From contig NW_005202113.1 in NCBI RefSeq assembly GCF_000372725.1, forward strand, positions 310,001 to 374,000: a DNA stretch of 64,000 nucleotides, read 5' to 3'. This DNA comes from Emiliania huxleyi CCMP1516. Its lineage: Eukaryota. The notes below the pieces were generated by a model. The model had not been told where the DNA came from. It saw only the letters and a list, made by a program, of their open reading frames with translations, and ran no database searches. Shown here one piece after another: positions 37,901-49,601 of this stretch. The translations under genes and the position numbers were made by a program. Within the stretch, counting starts at the first letter, position 1. Every line of letters begins with the position of its first letter.

Positions 37901-38175
37901 TCTGTTTTCCCTGGAAATTTCCGGAAACGCAAAGTGCTGGGAACCTCTGTTTTCCTTTTTGTTTGCCGGAAAACCTGCGACAGCCCAAAACATGCGAGGC
38001 TAGAGCAGGCTTGCTCCACCTCTATCTAGCAATCTCGCCGGCCGGCGAGGCACGGACGAGACCGTGTGTGGGGTCTAGTGAGGTGTCTATGGACGCCCTC
38101 CTCACAGGCTAGCTGCCTACTGCTAAAGCGAAGTTTCGCGTAATCGGCCGACATCAACGTGGCGCGTAAGGTCAC

Positions 38176-39351
38176 ATGCTCGCCTACCTCTTCGCCACTG
38201 CGTGCCTCTGGCTGCCCAGGCATTCGCGTCCGCTCACTCGGCGGCGGTCGCTCGCGCCACTCGTTGCACTCGAGCGCGAAGCGGAGACGCCTACCGCCTC
38301 CATCGCCGCTGAGATTGATGCCGCGTGCGAGGCCAGCATGCGGGACGACGGCGGCGACAGCCAGTCTCCGGCGGCTTTCTTCCGTCAGCTGGTCGCCACC
38401 GAAGAGGAGCTGCGCGACATCGAGTCGGAGCGTGCCGCCGCCGACGACGACACCGCCGCGAGGCAGGCGGCGCTCGCTCAGACATATAGCTCTCTCGAGC
38501 TCAACGCCTTCGGCTCGGTCACCGAGTCGCCCATCCCAGGGCGCACCGTGACCGTCGCCGACCAACTGCGGCTCACCGGCCTCCCAACCAAGGCCTTTGC
38601 TCCTCGCGGCACTGGGTTTGGCACGCTCTTCGCGGGAGCCGCCACGGCACTTGGGCTTGTGCTCTGGACAAGCCCCGGCGTCGAGGAGCTGCGGCTGGTC
38701 GGCCTCGGCGCGGGCGCGCTGCTGCTGCTCGACTCGGCGTCGGGCGGCGTCGGCGTCGAGCTTGCCACGCGCGCGCTCTCGCCAGGGTACCGGCGCAAGA
38801 TCGTCGAGCACGAGGCGGGCCACTTCCTGACCGCCTACCTGCTCGGCTGCCCGGTCGAGGCCTGCCTACTCGACCCGTTGCGCGCCGCCACCGACCCGCG
38901 CTTCCAGGGCGCCGCCGGCACCGTCTTCTTCGACCCGCTCCTCGCGGACGCGATGCGGGCGGGCAGCGTGCCTCGCTCCTCCGTCGACCGATACTCGGTG
39001 GTGGTGATGGCGGGCATTGCTGCCGAGGCGGAGCTGCACGGGCAGGCCGAGGGAGGGAGGGCAGACGAGCAGGCCCTCGTGCGGCTCCTCACCTCTCTCG
39101 ACGGAGGCCGCAGCTGGGACTACGCCAAGATCACGAACCAGGCGCGCTGGGCGGCCTCCTCGGCGGCGCTGCTCGTCCGCGCCCACCGCCCGGCCTTCGA
39201 CGCGCTGGTCGAGGCGCTCGCCGCCGGCCGCTCCGTGGGGACGTGCGTGATGGCCATTGAGGAGGCGCTGCGCGGTGGCGGCGGCGAGGCACAACTTGGG
39301 GGCAGCGGGGCGGGCTGGAACCGGGCCAACGTCTCCAAAGAGTGGACATGA
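38176..39351 (+). CDS. HEAGH zinc metalloprotease, FtsH/M41 protease-domain-like without ATPase (VIR3-like), probably plastid-targeted
   Basis: RKIVEHEAGHFLTAYLLG, AGT, VMAGIAAE, AEGG.AD; two TM helices; signal-like N-terminus. Confidence 0.8.
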   Translation: MLAYLFATACLWLPRHSRPLTRRRSLAPLVALEREAETPTASIAAEIDAACEASMRDDGGDSQSPAAFFRQLVATEEELRDIESERAAADDDTAARQAALAQTYSSLELNAFGSVTESPIPGRTVTVADQLRLTGLPTKAFAPRGTGFGTLFAGAATALGLVLWTSPGVEELRLVGLGAGALLLLDSASGGVGVELATRALSPGYRRKIVEHEAGHFLTAYLLGCPVEACLLDPLRAATDPRFQGAAGTVFFDPLLADAMRAGSVPRSSVDRYSVVVMAGIAAEAELHGQAEGGRADEQALVRLLTSLDGGRSWDYAKITNQARWAASSAALLVRAHRPAFDALVEALAAGRSVGTCVMAIEEALRGGGGEAQLGGSGAGWNRANVSKEWT

Positions 39352-39482
39352 CTTCACGACACATGAGAAAGAGAGACGCGCCGGCGGCGCGCAGCGACGA
39401 TTATATTTGGATCTTATAAAGCCGTAAGGGTCCGCCCGTGTTCACATGTAGGGTACATCATGTACCCCAATATCAAAACAAA

Positions 39483-40199
39483 TCAACCTCCACACTTGCC
39501 CATGCAGTTTAGCCATGCCCACACCCACAACCCGTGCATGAAGGCGCCTGCCCAAACGGTCCGCGTGGCGATTGCGGCGTCGGTGCACGCGACGCCGAGC
39601 ACCGCCGCCATCGCGAGGAAGCGCGGGTCGACGAAGATGTAGCGCGGCGCAAAGTGCAATGCGTCGAGGTGGTAGGCCAGGAAGCCAGCCAGCGCGAGGA
39701 GGTGCTGCGAACTCCAGCCTGCTGGCGCCTCGTCTGGCAAAACCATGAAGCGCCAGAAGCACTCCTCGACAAGCCCTGGAAATATCAGCGGCACCGGGAG
39801 AGAGAGCAGCGCCTGAAGCGATGTGAGCTCCCCCACCGAAGGAGGACGGCAGAGGAAGCCCGAGCGGAGACCGATGATTAGGAGCGCGGCAGAGCCGGTG
39901 CAGAAGACGGCGAGTAGCCGCGCTGACGCGTTCTTGGTCGCAACAGGCGGCGGAGCGTCTGATCCAACCACCTGAGCCCCAATCTCGTCCGCCCACGTCC
40001 TGCCTGTCAGCCCGAGGCGCAGCCTGCGGCAGTAGGTGGCGGGCACGTCGAGAGGAGACAGCCCCTGCTTCCAGCACAGGGTGACGACCACCAGCAGCTC
40101 GATGCAGGTCCACACAGCGGCCGACTGGCCGGACGATGGCGCCTCGCAGGTAGGATGATCGAAGCAGCCGCAGCATGATTGAGAGGGAGCGGTGTCCAT
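39483..40199 (-). CDS. CPBP/Abi (CAAX) intramembrane glutamic protease
   Basis: PGLVEECFWR, FLAYH and AFMHGLW motifs; multi-TM. Confidence 0.8.
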   Translation of the reverse strand: MDTAPSQSCCGCFDHPTCEAPSSGQSAAVWTCIELLVVVTLCWKQGLSPLDVPATYCRRLRLGLTGRTWADEIGAQVVGSDAPPPVATKNASARLLAVFCTGSAALLIIGLRSGFLCRPPSVGELTSLQALLSLPVPLIFPGLVEECFWRFMVLPDEAPAGWSSQHLLALAGFLAYHLDALHFAPRYIFVDPRFLAMAAVLGVACTDAAIATRTVWAGAFMHGLWVWAWLNCMGKCGG

Positions 40200-41227
40200 G
40201 CGGCTGTGTCAGTGTCACTCACGTCCAGTGCACACGTACTCGTCGAAAGGCCCGCCACCTTGTGTTCGCCCCCCGGCCTCGACCGCCGCGGACTGACCAG
40301 GCCCGATCGCGTGTTTCTTTCTTTTTAGGCGGAACGCTAGTTGAATCTATTGCAAGCGTTTGGCGCAGGGTAGGATTATTACAGTGGCCAGGGGCGGGGC
40401 TTGCATTTTTGCCGTCGCCAGTCGCCCTACTCTTAGAGAGAGAAATGAGCAAGAGTGCCTTAGTCCCCCGGCCAAGCAAAAGGATGTCGCAAACCGGAAG
40501 CTCCGACGGAGTTCCTTCTATTACGCGTACCATGCTACGACCGCGTACGGAGCCGAGGCGGTTGGCGCCAGGCGCGTCCGTGCCCCACCCTCGACGCCCG
40601 CGCGCCCGCCCGCGCGTCCGCCTCCCTCCGGCCCCGGCCCGCCCCTCTCGCTCCTGCGGTCTCCCGCACCACACCGCCAGCGCGCAAGGATCGTCTGAGG
40701 GATGGTCCGCACCTCCCTCAAATGGCGCCTTGCCGTAACAATGGCAATATGGTGTGCGTGCGCACGACCACGGACAAGATCGTTCGTGCCCGCTCGCGCC
40801 CGCCCGCCTTCCGGCCCGCCCTGCGACGCCCACTTCCCAAACAGCTTCCCGTTCGTTACCGTCACCGACTGCCTGTGTTGCAGGTCGATCAGGACATCCC
40901 CACCCCGTTCCCCGGAACGGCCGGACGTTAAGGAGGAGAGTACAGCCTAGCCGACGAGCTCGTCGCGCGCGTGTGCGCACACTAGGCAGCGACCGCTGGT
41001 GCGTGCCCCACCCTATGCGCGCCGCATGCGCCCCGCCCCGCCCTGACCCTACCCACCGTCAACGACGTGACACTGCTGCGAACCCGGGGATTTGAACCCG
41101 GCGATTCCACAGTTGAAGGTCTACCACCGCGCGGTGCCCTGCCCCGCCCCGCCCCGCCTGCCCTGCCCGGTCCTGCCCGGCACATCCGCTCACTTCACCT
41201 TGCCTCGCACTCAACAGGCCTGTGAAG

Positions 41228-41669
41228 CCAGCAGCTCTGCCAGCGCGTTCGCTCCTTGCTGCTGCCGCAGAGCGGAGGCGCGTACGTCGCCTCGCTACTC
41301 TCGCGGCGAAGCAGCTGCCGCCGCCGAGACGCGAAGCGGCGTCTGCTGAGGAGAGAGAGCCAGCGCGGCGGTCGCCGACGCCGCCTTCGAGCTGTGTGCC
41401 ACCTCTCGCCGGCAGGACAGCTCTGCGCGGCAGCGGACATCAGCAGCAGCCGCCACACCGCCACCCGCCGAGCACGCCGTCGCTGCCGTGGCACCGAGGG
41501 CCGGAGCCCGACTCTCGTACAGTCGAGCGGCTCCAAGGCCAAGCGCTGACACACACAGGGCATTCCGCGCAAGGAGAGCGCGCCTCGAGGGCAGCAACTG
41601 CGCGTGCGTGCCGCGCGGTCCTTTGTGGCGCGAATGTACTGTGCATCGGTAGACCTCGTGCGCGCGTGT
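41228..41669 (+). repeat. ~440-bp direct repeat, copy 1 (copy 2 at 49152-49601)
   Basis: Colinear match from gctctgccagcgcgttcg to tgcatcggtagacctc, with scattered substitutions and a short indel. Confidence 0.92.
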
Positions 41670-41764
41670 ACGTCTTGTCGTCGCGGATGTCACAGAGTGT
41701 GTATTGCTACAGTACTCTACGTCGAGTAGTAATGAAGACTCTACACACACGCGCGCACACGCGC

Positions 41765-44700
41765 TCAAAACTCCAACGCGACGGTAAACCAGTGGTTGTC
41801 CTGGCCGACGCTGCTCGACATGCCGGTGTTCACGATGTAGACCGACGGGCTGGCTCCGGCGCCTCCACCGCGGCGTTCCAACACGCCTGCGAGGAGGCCA
41901 TCTAGCGAGACGACGGCCACGTCCCTCTCCACGCGGCACTTAAGGGCCCCCATCGCATCGCGCACATCCCCGCTCCCGCCGGCCTCGGATAACGCAAACC
42001 GAGCGAAATAACGCTTCCCGACGAGCTGGATCACCTGCTCGGTCTCGATCACGGTCGACGATCCCAGCGATCCCAGCCCGAGGGCGCGCCGCGCTGCGGC
42101 GATATGGTCGCGGTGGATGCACTCGTCCAGATTGATGGTGAACCACTGACCGACCGCAGCAAGCAGCAAGTTTACCGCAGCACACGCCACGATGCCGCAC
42201 GAGTCGCCAACCTGCCAGCCGCGGCTGCCCAAGCTTTCCAACTCGGCGCGATCCGTCTGCGAGACGATCCAGCCGAGGCGCTCGAGCCAGCGTTGCAGCT
42301 CCTGCCGTATCCCCGCCGAGCCAGGCCAGTAGTCGACGATGCGGGCGCGGAGACGCCGCACGCCGACGGCAGCAGAAGAGGCGGCAGCGGCACCCGTCGG
42401 CGGCGGCCACGGCGCACCCGCCTTCGTGAGGAGCTCGAGGCGCTGCGCGACCAGGACAGACAAGACCTCGCGCCGCGGTCGGCTCCGCCTTGGCCACCCA
42501 TCGCCCTCGCCCTCGGCCTGGCGCTTGGGCGTGGGAGGCAGACGCTGCCGGGCAGCGTTCGCCGCCTCGCCGCGCTGCCGCCGCTGCTCGTCGGCGGCAC
42601 GCGAGGCACGCGAGGGTGAGCCGACGGGGACACCGCCCTTGCCGCCCTTGCCGCCCTTGCCGCCCTTGCCGCCCTTGCCGCCCTTGCCGCCCTTGCCGCC
42701 GCCTCCGCCGGCTCCCTCGCCCGCTCCCTCGACGCCGCGGCCGCGTCCCCGGCCGCGGCCGCGGCCGCGTTCGCCCCTGCCCCCGCCCCTGCCACCGCCA
42801 CCTCGCCCGGCGCCGCCCTCTGCGCCGCCACAGCCCTCGCCCGCGCCACCCTTGCCGCCGCGGCCCTCGCCACCCGTGCCACCGCGGCCGCGGCCCTTGC
42901 CGCCGCCCCGCCCGCCGCCGCCGCCCCGCCCACCGCGGCCGCCGCCTTGCGCCCGCCGCGCCTCGGCAGCCTTGCGCCGCCGCGCCGCCTTCCTGGCCGT
43001 CTCCTCTCGCTTCTGCGCAGCCGCGACCAGTTCCCTCGCCTTGTCGGCGTCCCAAAAGCCGTTTTCATCGTAGCCCTCGTCCCACACGCCGAGCTGCCAC
43101 GCGTGCACGAGGTCCTTGAGGAACCCGAGCTTCTTGTCCGAGGAGCCGGTCAGCGCGCGGAGGCCAGCAAACGATGTCGTCCGCGAGACGCCCACGTAGA
43201 AGGAGGTGAGCTGCATCGACTTCATCTCGCCAGTCAGGTTGAGGATCAGCTTGGGCAGCGTCTTGCCCTGCAGCTTGAAGTCGGTCACGGCTAGCGCCAT
43301 CATGACGGCGAGCGGCTTAACGACCACCTTTGCGGGGAGGTTGTAGTGCGCCGAGTAGGACGAGCCGAGGTCCACCTCCTCGTCGTCCTTCGACGTGAAG
43401 CCGACCGGCACCACGTACAGCGGCTCGGGCTCGATGCTGTAGTAGCCACGCCCGGAGGCGCCGTCGCGGTGCTCCTTGCCCGGCCGAGGGCCCGTCGGCG
43501 TCGGCGCCGCCTCGAAGCCGTCGTCGACGAGGCCGGGCACGAGCGTCTCGTCGTCCGAGAGGCGGCAGTCGCGGCCGCGCACGGCGACATTCACCGAGAG
43601 CGGCGGCGCGTCCAGCGTGACCTCGGCGTAGCCGCCCTGCGTGAGCGCCGCCTCGAGCTGGGGAGGCACTTGCCCCGACTCAAAGGAGAGCGAGTGGTAG
43701 AACGCCTCCGTCCCGTTGGCGATGCCCTTGCCGGGGTTGATGTTGTCGGTGATCATGCACGGGGCGCCAGCGACAAAGTACTCCCAGAGGCCCGGCTCGT
43801 GGGAGCGCGCCGAGGCGAGGTGCGCCGCGTCGATGGTCTCGGCCTGCTTGCCGCGCAGCGTGGTGGGCCACCGCACGAACAGGGAGCCGGTCGCGCGGGC
43901 GAGCGCCCTGCCCCTCAGGTCGTTGAAGAAGTCGCGCTTGTACTTTGTCAGCACCATCAGCGGCGCCGCCAGCCACGAGGGGTCCTCCTGCACATCGGCG
44001 GGGCTGATGTCGCGGAGGTCGTCCACGAGCCGGCTCGGGACCGGCTGCTCCACAGTCGTGCGGCGCATCTGGCCCAGGTCCGCCGCAAAGCGCTGGTCGC
44101 CAGCCGCGCGCATCGAGCGCTCGAGGCGCAGCCGCTGGAAGAGGCGGAAGAGGTCGACGCCGTCCTCCACGTCAACCTCGTCGCCGTTGCGGGCGGGGAG
44201 AGCGGGCCTGGCCATGCCCCCGACGTCGCGATCGACGAGGTCCTTGTACATGGCGGTCGCCCTGCACGGCGATAGCTGCCACATGTCGGCGCCCATGAGC
44301 ACGGGCAGGCCGCCAAAGGGCTCGGTCTTGCACGCGTCGTCCAGGCAGCCGAAGAGAAGCCTCAGCCGCTTGTCGACGATCTTGAAGAAGCCCTCGCCGA
44401 GGAAGGAGCCCTCCTCGATGAAGAGGAGGCCAATCTCGTCGGGGTCGCCGATGAGCCCCTCGAGCTTCTGCCGGGCAGAATTGGGGTCGATGGCCGTGCC
44501 GCCGCCCTTCCGCTTGGCGTTGAGCCCGCAGAGCGAGTGCAGCGTGACGCCGCGGTGCGGCGCCACCGACACGCCCGTGTACCCCGTCTTGAGGATCCGC
44601 CCGAGATGGAAGCGCGCCATCAGCGCCTCGAGCGCCTCCACCACGGCCGACTTGCCGGTGCCGCCCTGCCCCTGCAGCAGAATGTAGAACGAGAGATTGG

Positions 44701-47700
44701 CTGCGCGGACCAGCTGCCTCGCCTCGGCGCGGCTGCGGCCAGAGTCGAGATGCTGCCTCCGCAGCCGCAGAGTCGACAGGATCGTGTGCAGCGCCGACCG
44801 CTGCTCGGGGTTGAGCGGCCGCATCGGCGGCGGCTGCGGCGCGCCGGGCTGGGGCGGATCGTAGAGAGCCTTCCACCCCGCCTTCTCCCGGTCAAAGTCG
44901 CCCCACGCCAGTTCGTCCAGCTCCGGCGGCGGCCACACAGGCGCGTCGCCGCCGCCACCGCCGCCACCGCCGCCGCCGCCGCCACCGCCGCCCCACCCCG
45001 CTGCCTGGCCCGGGCCGTCTGGCTCAGCGCCCCCCCCCGCCCCTGCATCCGCCGCTGGCTCCCGCTGCTTGAGGCGCTCCCGCAGCGCCTCGATGGGTCT
45101 CGTGGGCGCGGGGACGTGCAGCGCCCCCCCGCGGCGCAGCCACGTCGACCGGTGGAGCTGCGGCGGCACCGCCGCCGCAGCGCCGGGCGCGGCGTCGCCA
45201 ATGGGGCACAGCCGGCTCATGGCAGCTCCGAGGAGCTTGGCCGCGCCCTCCCGCTTCGACGCCGCCGCCAACCGCTTGTCGCGCTCGTCGGCGCGCAGGC
45301 CAGCCGCCGCCACGCGAGACGACGTCTCCCGGATCGCCGCTGCAGTCTCGGCGTCAACCTGGCCGTTTGCTGCCGCCGTCAGATCGTCGGCGGCCGCGGC
45401 CGCATCGGCGCCGCGCATCTCCCTCCAGATCTGGCCGCTGCGGTTGCGAAACTTTTGCGCCATCGCTCCGAGCTGCGAGTCGACACGGAGCGAGTTCATG
45501 ACCGTGTCGATGAGGAAGANNNNNNNNNNNNNNNNNNNNNNNNNNNNNNNNNNNNNNNNNNNNNNNNNNNNNNNNNNNNNNNNNNNNNNNNNNNNNNNNN
45601 NNNNNNNNNNNNNNNNNNNGACTGTTGTTCGCCAGCCGCTGCCGCGCAACCTCCGAGAGCGCAACCTCGATTGTCGCGTCCTCCCGCCCCGCGATGACCT
45701 GCGCGAGGTTTAGCCTCTCCTCGTCGTCGATGTCCTCGCCCTTGAGGTAGCGAAGCAGCACGCTCGGGTCGCACGGGAAGTTGGTGTTGTCACAGGAGCG
45801 GACGGAGAGCCGCATGACCGTGGGGTGGTTGACGTCGTCGAGGTTCCAGCTCAAGAAGGTGGTGCCGCTGCCGTAGCGCCGCATGCCCGCGTACAGCTTG
45901 GTGATGGCGTGCGCCCGCTCGAGGTTGCTCCAGGGGACGGCGGCGCCAGACGCCCTGATCACCGGGAGGAGGCGCTTCATCACCTACGACGAGAGGCACG
46001 AGGGAGCAGTTGGCGGGGAGGGAGCGACCCTGGCTTGGAGAGGCCGAGGCGTGGCGAGCGCCTCGAAGCCCGCGTCGCTGCGCGGGTTGCGGATCGCTTC
46101 GGCGACCTTCTCGCCGAAGCTGGAGTCGGCCACCATGCTGATGAACTCGTCCGCCGCGCCATGCCCGGTCTTGCAGCGCGCCGACACCGAGCGCGTGACC
46201 GCGTGCCGCCGCGTCTGGTCAGCGAGGCAGTAGATGAACATCAAGTCGTGAGCGAAGCGCCCGTCGAACTGGAAGAGCAGGTGCTGCGCCGTCATGGCGT
46301 CGACCGACGCGACGCCCTGCAGCCCGCGCCGAAACATGAAGCGGTGCCAGAACGCGCCGTAGATGATCTTGTCGTTGTCCGTAAACTCGTTGGTCGCCTC
46401 GTTGGCGCGCCCCACGTTGACGGTGCGCGCAGCCGGCGGGGAGGCGGCGCCCGACGGGCCGGCTTGCGGCGCCGCGGGGCGAGGCGACGCCTGAGGTCGC
46501 GGAGGGCTCTCCCACATGTCCTCGGAGCCGGAGCCCGAGTCGCCCCTCTCCGACCCGCCCCTCTCCGACCCGCCCCTCTCCGAAGGCGGAAACATCGAAT
46601 TCGGAAACATGCCATCGTCGCTATCCGAGAGGTCGTCCAGTTGATACTGCACATGGACGCCCCTGTCGCCACTGCCAAGCCCGCCGCCGCCGTCGCCACC
46701 GCCGTCGCCGCCACCGTCCCCGCCGCCGCCACCGTCCCCACCGCCGCCACCGCCCCCATCAAAGCCTGCTCTAAGCACGGCGTCCGGCCGTCCGGCCGTG
46801 GAGGCGCCCCCGCTGCGGTCCTTGGGCGGCGATGACGCAGGCCCCCGCCGCCTGTTGGTGAGGTCGTCGCCGAATGACCGCCCACCACATCCGCCGCCGC
46901 CGCCGACACCGCCGCTCGACGGCAGCCCCTCACCGCCCTCGCTGCTGCCGTTGCCATCGACGGGAGCAGCGCGAGCGGCGGCTGCTGAAGCGAGCGGATC
47001 GCCATCGCCGTCGCCGTCGCCGCCGCCACCATCGACGCCGCCGCCGCCGCCCACACCGCCCCTAGGCAGCCCATTGCCGCCACCGCCACCTCCGGGGTCG
47101 ACGAGGTCCTCGTCAAACTGGCCAAGAGCGTCGGGAGCGGCGACCCCGCCCGCCTCGCCGCTCGCCTCGCCGCCCGCGTGTGCAAACCCGAGCGCTGCCG
47201 CCGCCGCCTGGAACTTTGCCCGGTCCGTCTCGTCCTGCACGTCGTTGGCGTTAAAGATGGCGGCCGAGGACAAGGTGATGTCTCCATCGGCGCACTCGAT
47301 GCCGTCGTCGTGCTGCGCCGCCTCCTCTGGCGAGCGGGCGTTGGCACGCGTGCCGGCATAGTCAGAGGCCGCGACTGCTCGCTCGGCCCTCTCGTCGGTC
47401 GTGTGCACCGCCGTCCGGCGAATGCCATCGCTCGCGCGCTTGGCCGCAGCCTGCACCTCGGGCCAGACCGGCGGCGGAAAGTCGCCCTTGACCTGGACGC
47501 CGAGATCGCGCGCCCAGGTCGCGACGGCAGACTGTACGAGAGCGTAGTTGTACAGCACGTGCGGCCGCACCCTGCAAGGCCCGAGCCTTGGCAGCGCGCG
47601 CGCCTCGAGCGCGCCGCGCTTGTTGTGCGCGTCGACAAAGTTGACTCGGAAGGCCGCCATCACATCGTCCACCCTGTCCGAGGAAAATATCTGCCCGAGC

Positions 47701-48962
47701 GCCTCGGCGCGCTGCTGCATAAAGGCCACCATCGACCCCGAGAACTTGTAGACGCCTTCCTGTGAGCGCCCGCCGCCCTGCGAGTCCGGCACCACCTTCA
47801 CCAAAACGCCGTATAAGCGCTCATCGGCTAGCATCATCTGCTCGACTGCCGAGGGCGTCTCGTCCATGCCGAGCTTGTCCATGCCGCCAAAGTCGACGCC
47901 GCCCATGAGCGAGCGGCGCGGGCGCAGCGCTCTCACCGCGTCAACAGTGAGGGAGCCCGTGGGCGACCTCGCCGCCGCCTCGCACGTCGAGCACAGCCTC
48001 GCCTCGGCGTCCACCACCTCGCCCGTGTCATCCAGCACCTCCTCGACAAGGTTGGGGTGCAGGTGCCATCGGTGCCGCCGCCAAAGCTGCGACGAGGTTC
48101 GGTCAGGTTCGCCGCTAGGATAGAAGGCCCTGGCCTGGCCGAGCCAGACCGGCTCTCGCGCCAAGCCGTCGGCGCCCAAGAGTTGGACGGACGGCAGGGC
48201 GGCGAGCTCCTCCTCGTCCGGCTGATCAAAGGCGAGGCAAGAAAGGCCGTCTTCAGCCTCGAGCACGTCGAGCTGGGAGAGGCGGACGGCTCGGCAGGGC
48301 CGCTGCGGGTGGCGGACGCCACAGCCGGCGCACGCATGGAGTGGCTTGGACAGGTTGGTCGTGTCACGCATATCGCCGAAAATCCTCTCTGTATCCCCCG
48401 GCGTGACGAAGCCCGTGTCGACAATGCAGACGGTGGCCGCGCGCACCGCGTCGGACACCTCCGCAGCAAGCTCGTCGGCCGCCTCAGCGAGGACGCGCTC
48501 GACAGCTCGGGCTGGCTCTGAAAACTCGAAGCCCGTCGCCCGGTTCGCCCGACCGAGCACCTCGCGCGCCGCGTCGTCGCCCGGAAGCAGCAGCTCGTGC
48601 GCCGCGTCGTCGTCACCCGCCTCGCCCACGCCGCCGCCGCCGCCACCTACGCCGTCGCTGCCGCCGCCGCCTCTGCCTCTGCCGCCGCCTCTGCCTCTGT
48701 CGGCGCCGCCGCCGCCGCCACTGCCGCCGCCACTGCCGCCGCCACCGCCGCGACGATTGCCGCCGCCACCTCCTCCGCCGCCACTGCCTCGGATCGCCGC
48801 CACTCCTCGGATCGCCGACACTGCCGCATCTAGTGCAGCTTGCTGCTCCACGGAGAGTGAGCGACCGGCGAACCGCGAGTAGGCCTGATGACGCTGCACG
48901 CCATTCTCCGTAAAGTACACTCTCAAACCGCCTGCGAATGGCTCAACTCTGTCGACATGCAT
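41765..48962 (-). CDS. Helitron-type Rep-helicase (DUF6570-like, Helitron_like_N, PIF1, RGG linker, protease-like tail); GC-AG intron 45984-46061; gap 45520-45619; start uncertain
   Basis: CAGCG/LCSTC, PSAVEQMMLA...KFSGSMVAFMQ...RVRPHVLY; NEFTDNDKIIYGAF...QFDGRFAHD..F; RRYGSGTTFLSW; LNPEQ, GQGGTGKS, TLHSL, FIEEGSF, PFGGLPV..GADMWQLSP, SMRA, FKLQGKTL, YVGVSR. Confidence 0.85.
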
Positions 48963-49151
48963 GCCAGCGACGGAAAGATTCGCTCGGATGGTCGCTGCGT
49001 TCGCGCCTGGTCGCTGCGTTCGTGCCTGGTCGACGTTACAGGTTTTGAAGTAACGTGAGGTCAGAACGGTTGATGTTATTTCATCAGCCCGGATAAGCGA
49101 TTCAGACAAAAAAGGAAAAACACACCTTCGGGTTCGCCTTCCTCGACCAGC

Positions 49152-49601
49152 CCAGCGCTCTGCCAGCGCGTTCGCTCCTTGCTGCTGCCGCGAGAGCGGA
49201 GGCGAGTACGTCGCCTCGCTCTCGCGGCGAAGCAGCTGCCGCCGCCGAGACGCGAAGCGGCGTCTGCCGAGGAGAGAGAGCCAGCGCGGCGGTCGCCGAC
49301 GCCGCCTTCGAGCTGTGTGCCACCTCTCGCCGGCACGACGGCTCTGCGCGGCAGGAGCATCAGCAGCAGCCGCCGCACCGCCACCCGCCTCGCAGCGCTC
49401 CGCCGAGCGCGCCGTCGCTGCCGTGGCACCGAGGGCCGGAGCCCGACTCTCGTACAGTCGAGCGGCTCCGAGACGAAGCGCTGACACACAGGGCATGCCG
49501 CGCAAGGAACCGCGCCTCGAGGCCAGCAACTGCGCGTGCGTGCCGCGCGGTCCTTGGTGGCGCGAATGTACTGTGCATCGGTAGACCTCATGCGTGCGTG
49601 T
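49152..49601 (+). repeat. ~440-bp direct repeat, copy 2
   Basis: Matches 41228-41669. Confidence 0.92.

Larger units (their letters stand above)
41228..49601 (-). mobile_element. Helitron-like rolling-circle element bracketed by direct repeats (true ends undefined)
   Basis: Rep N-terminal domains plus PIF1 helicase on one strand, enclosed by the two repeat copies. Confidence 0.75.

Noticed and set aside
45520..45619. HUH and catalytic Tyr motifs of Rep
   Set aside because: They would fall in the gap and cannot be seen, so autonomy is not claimed
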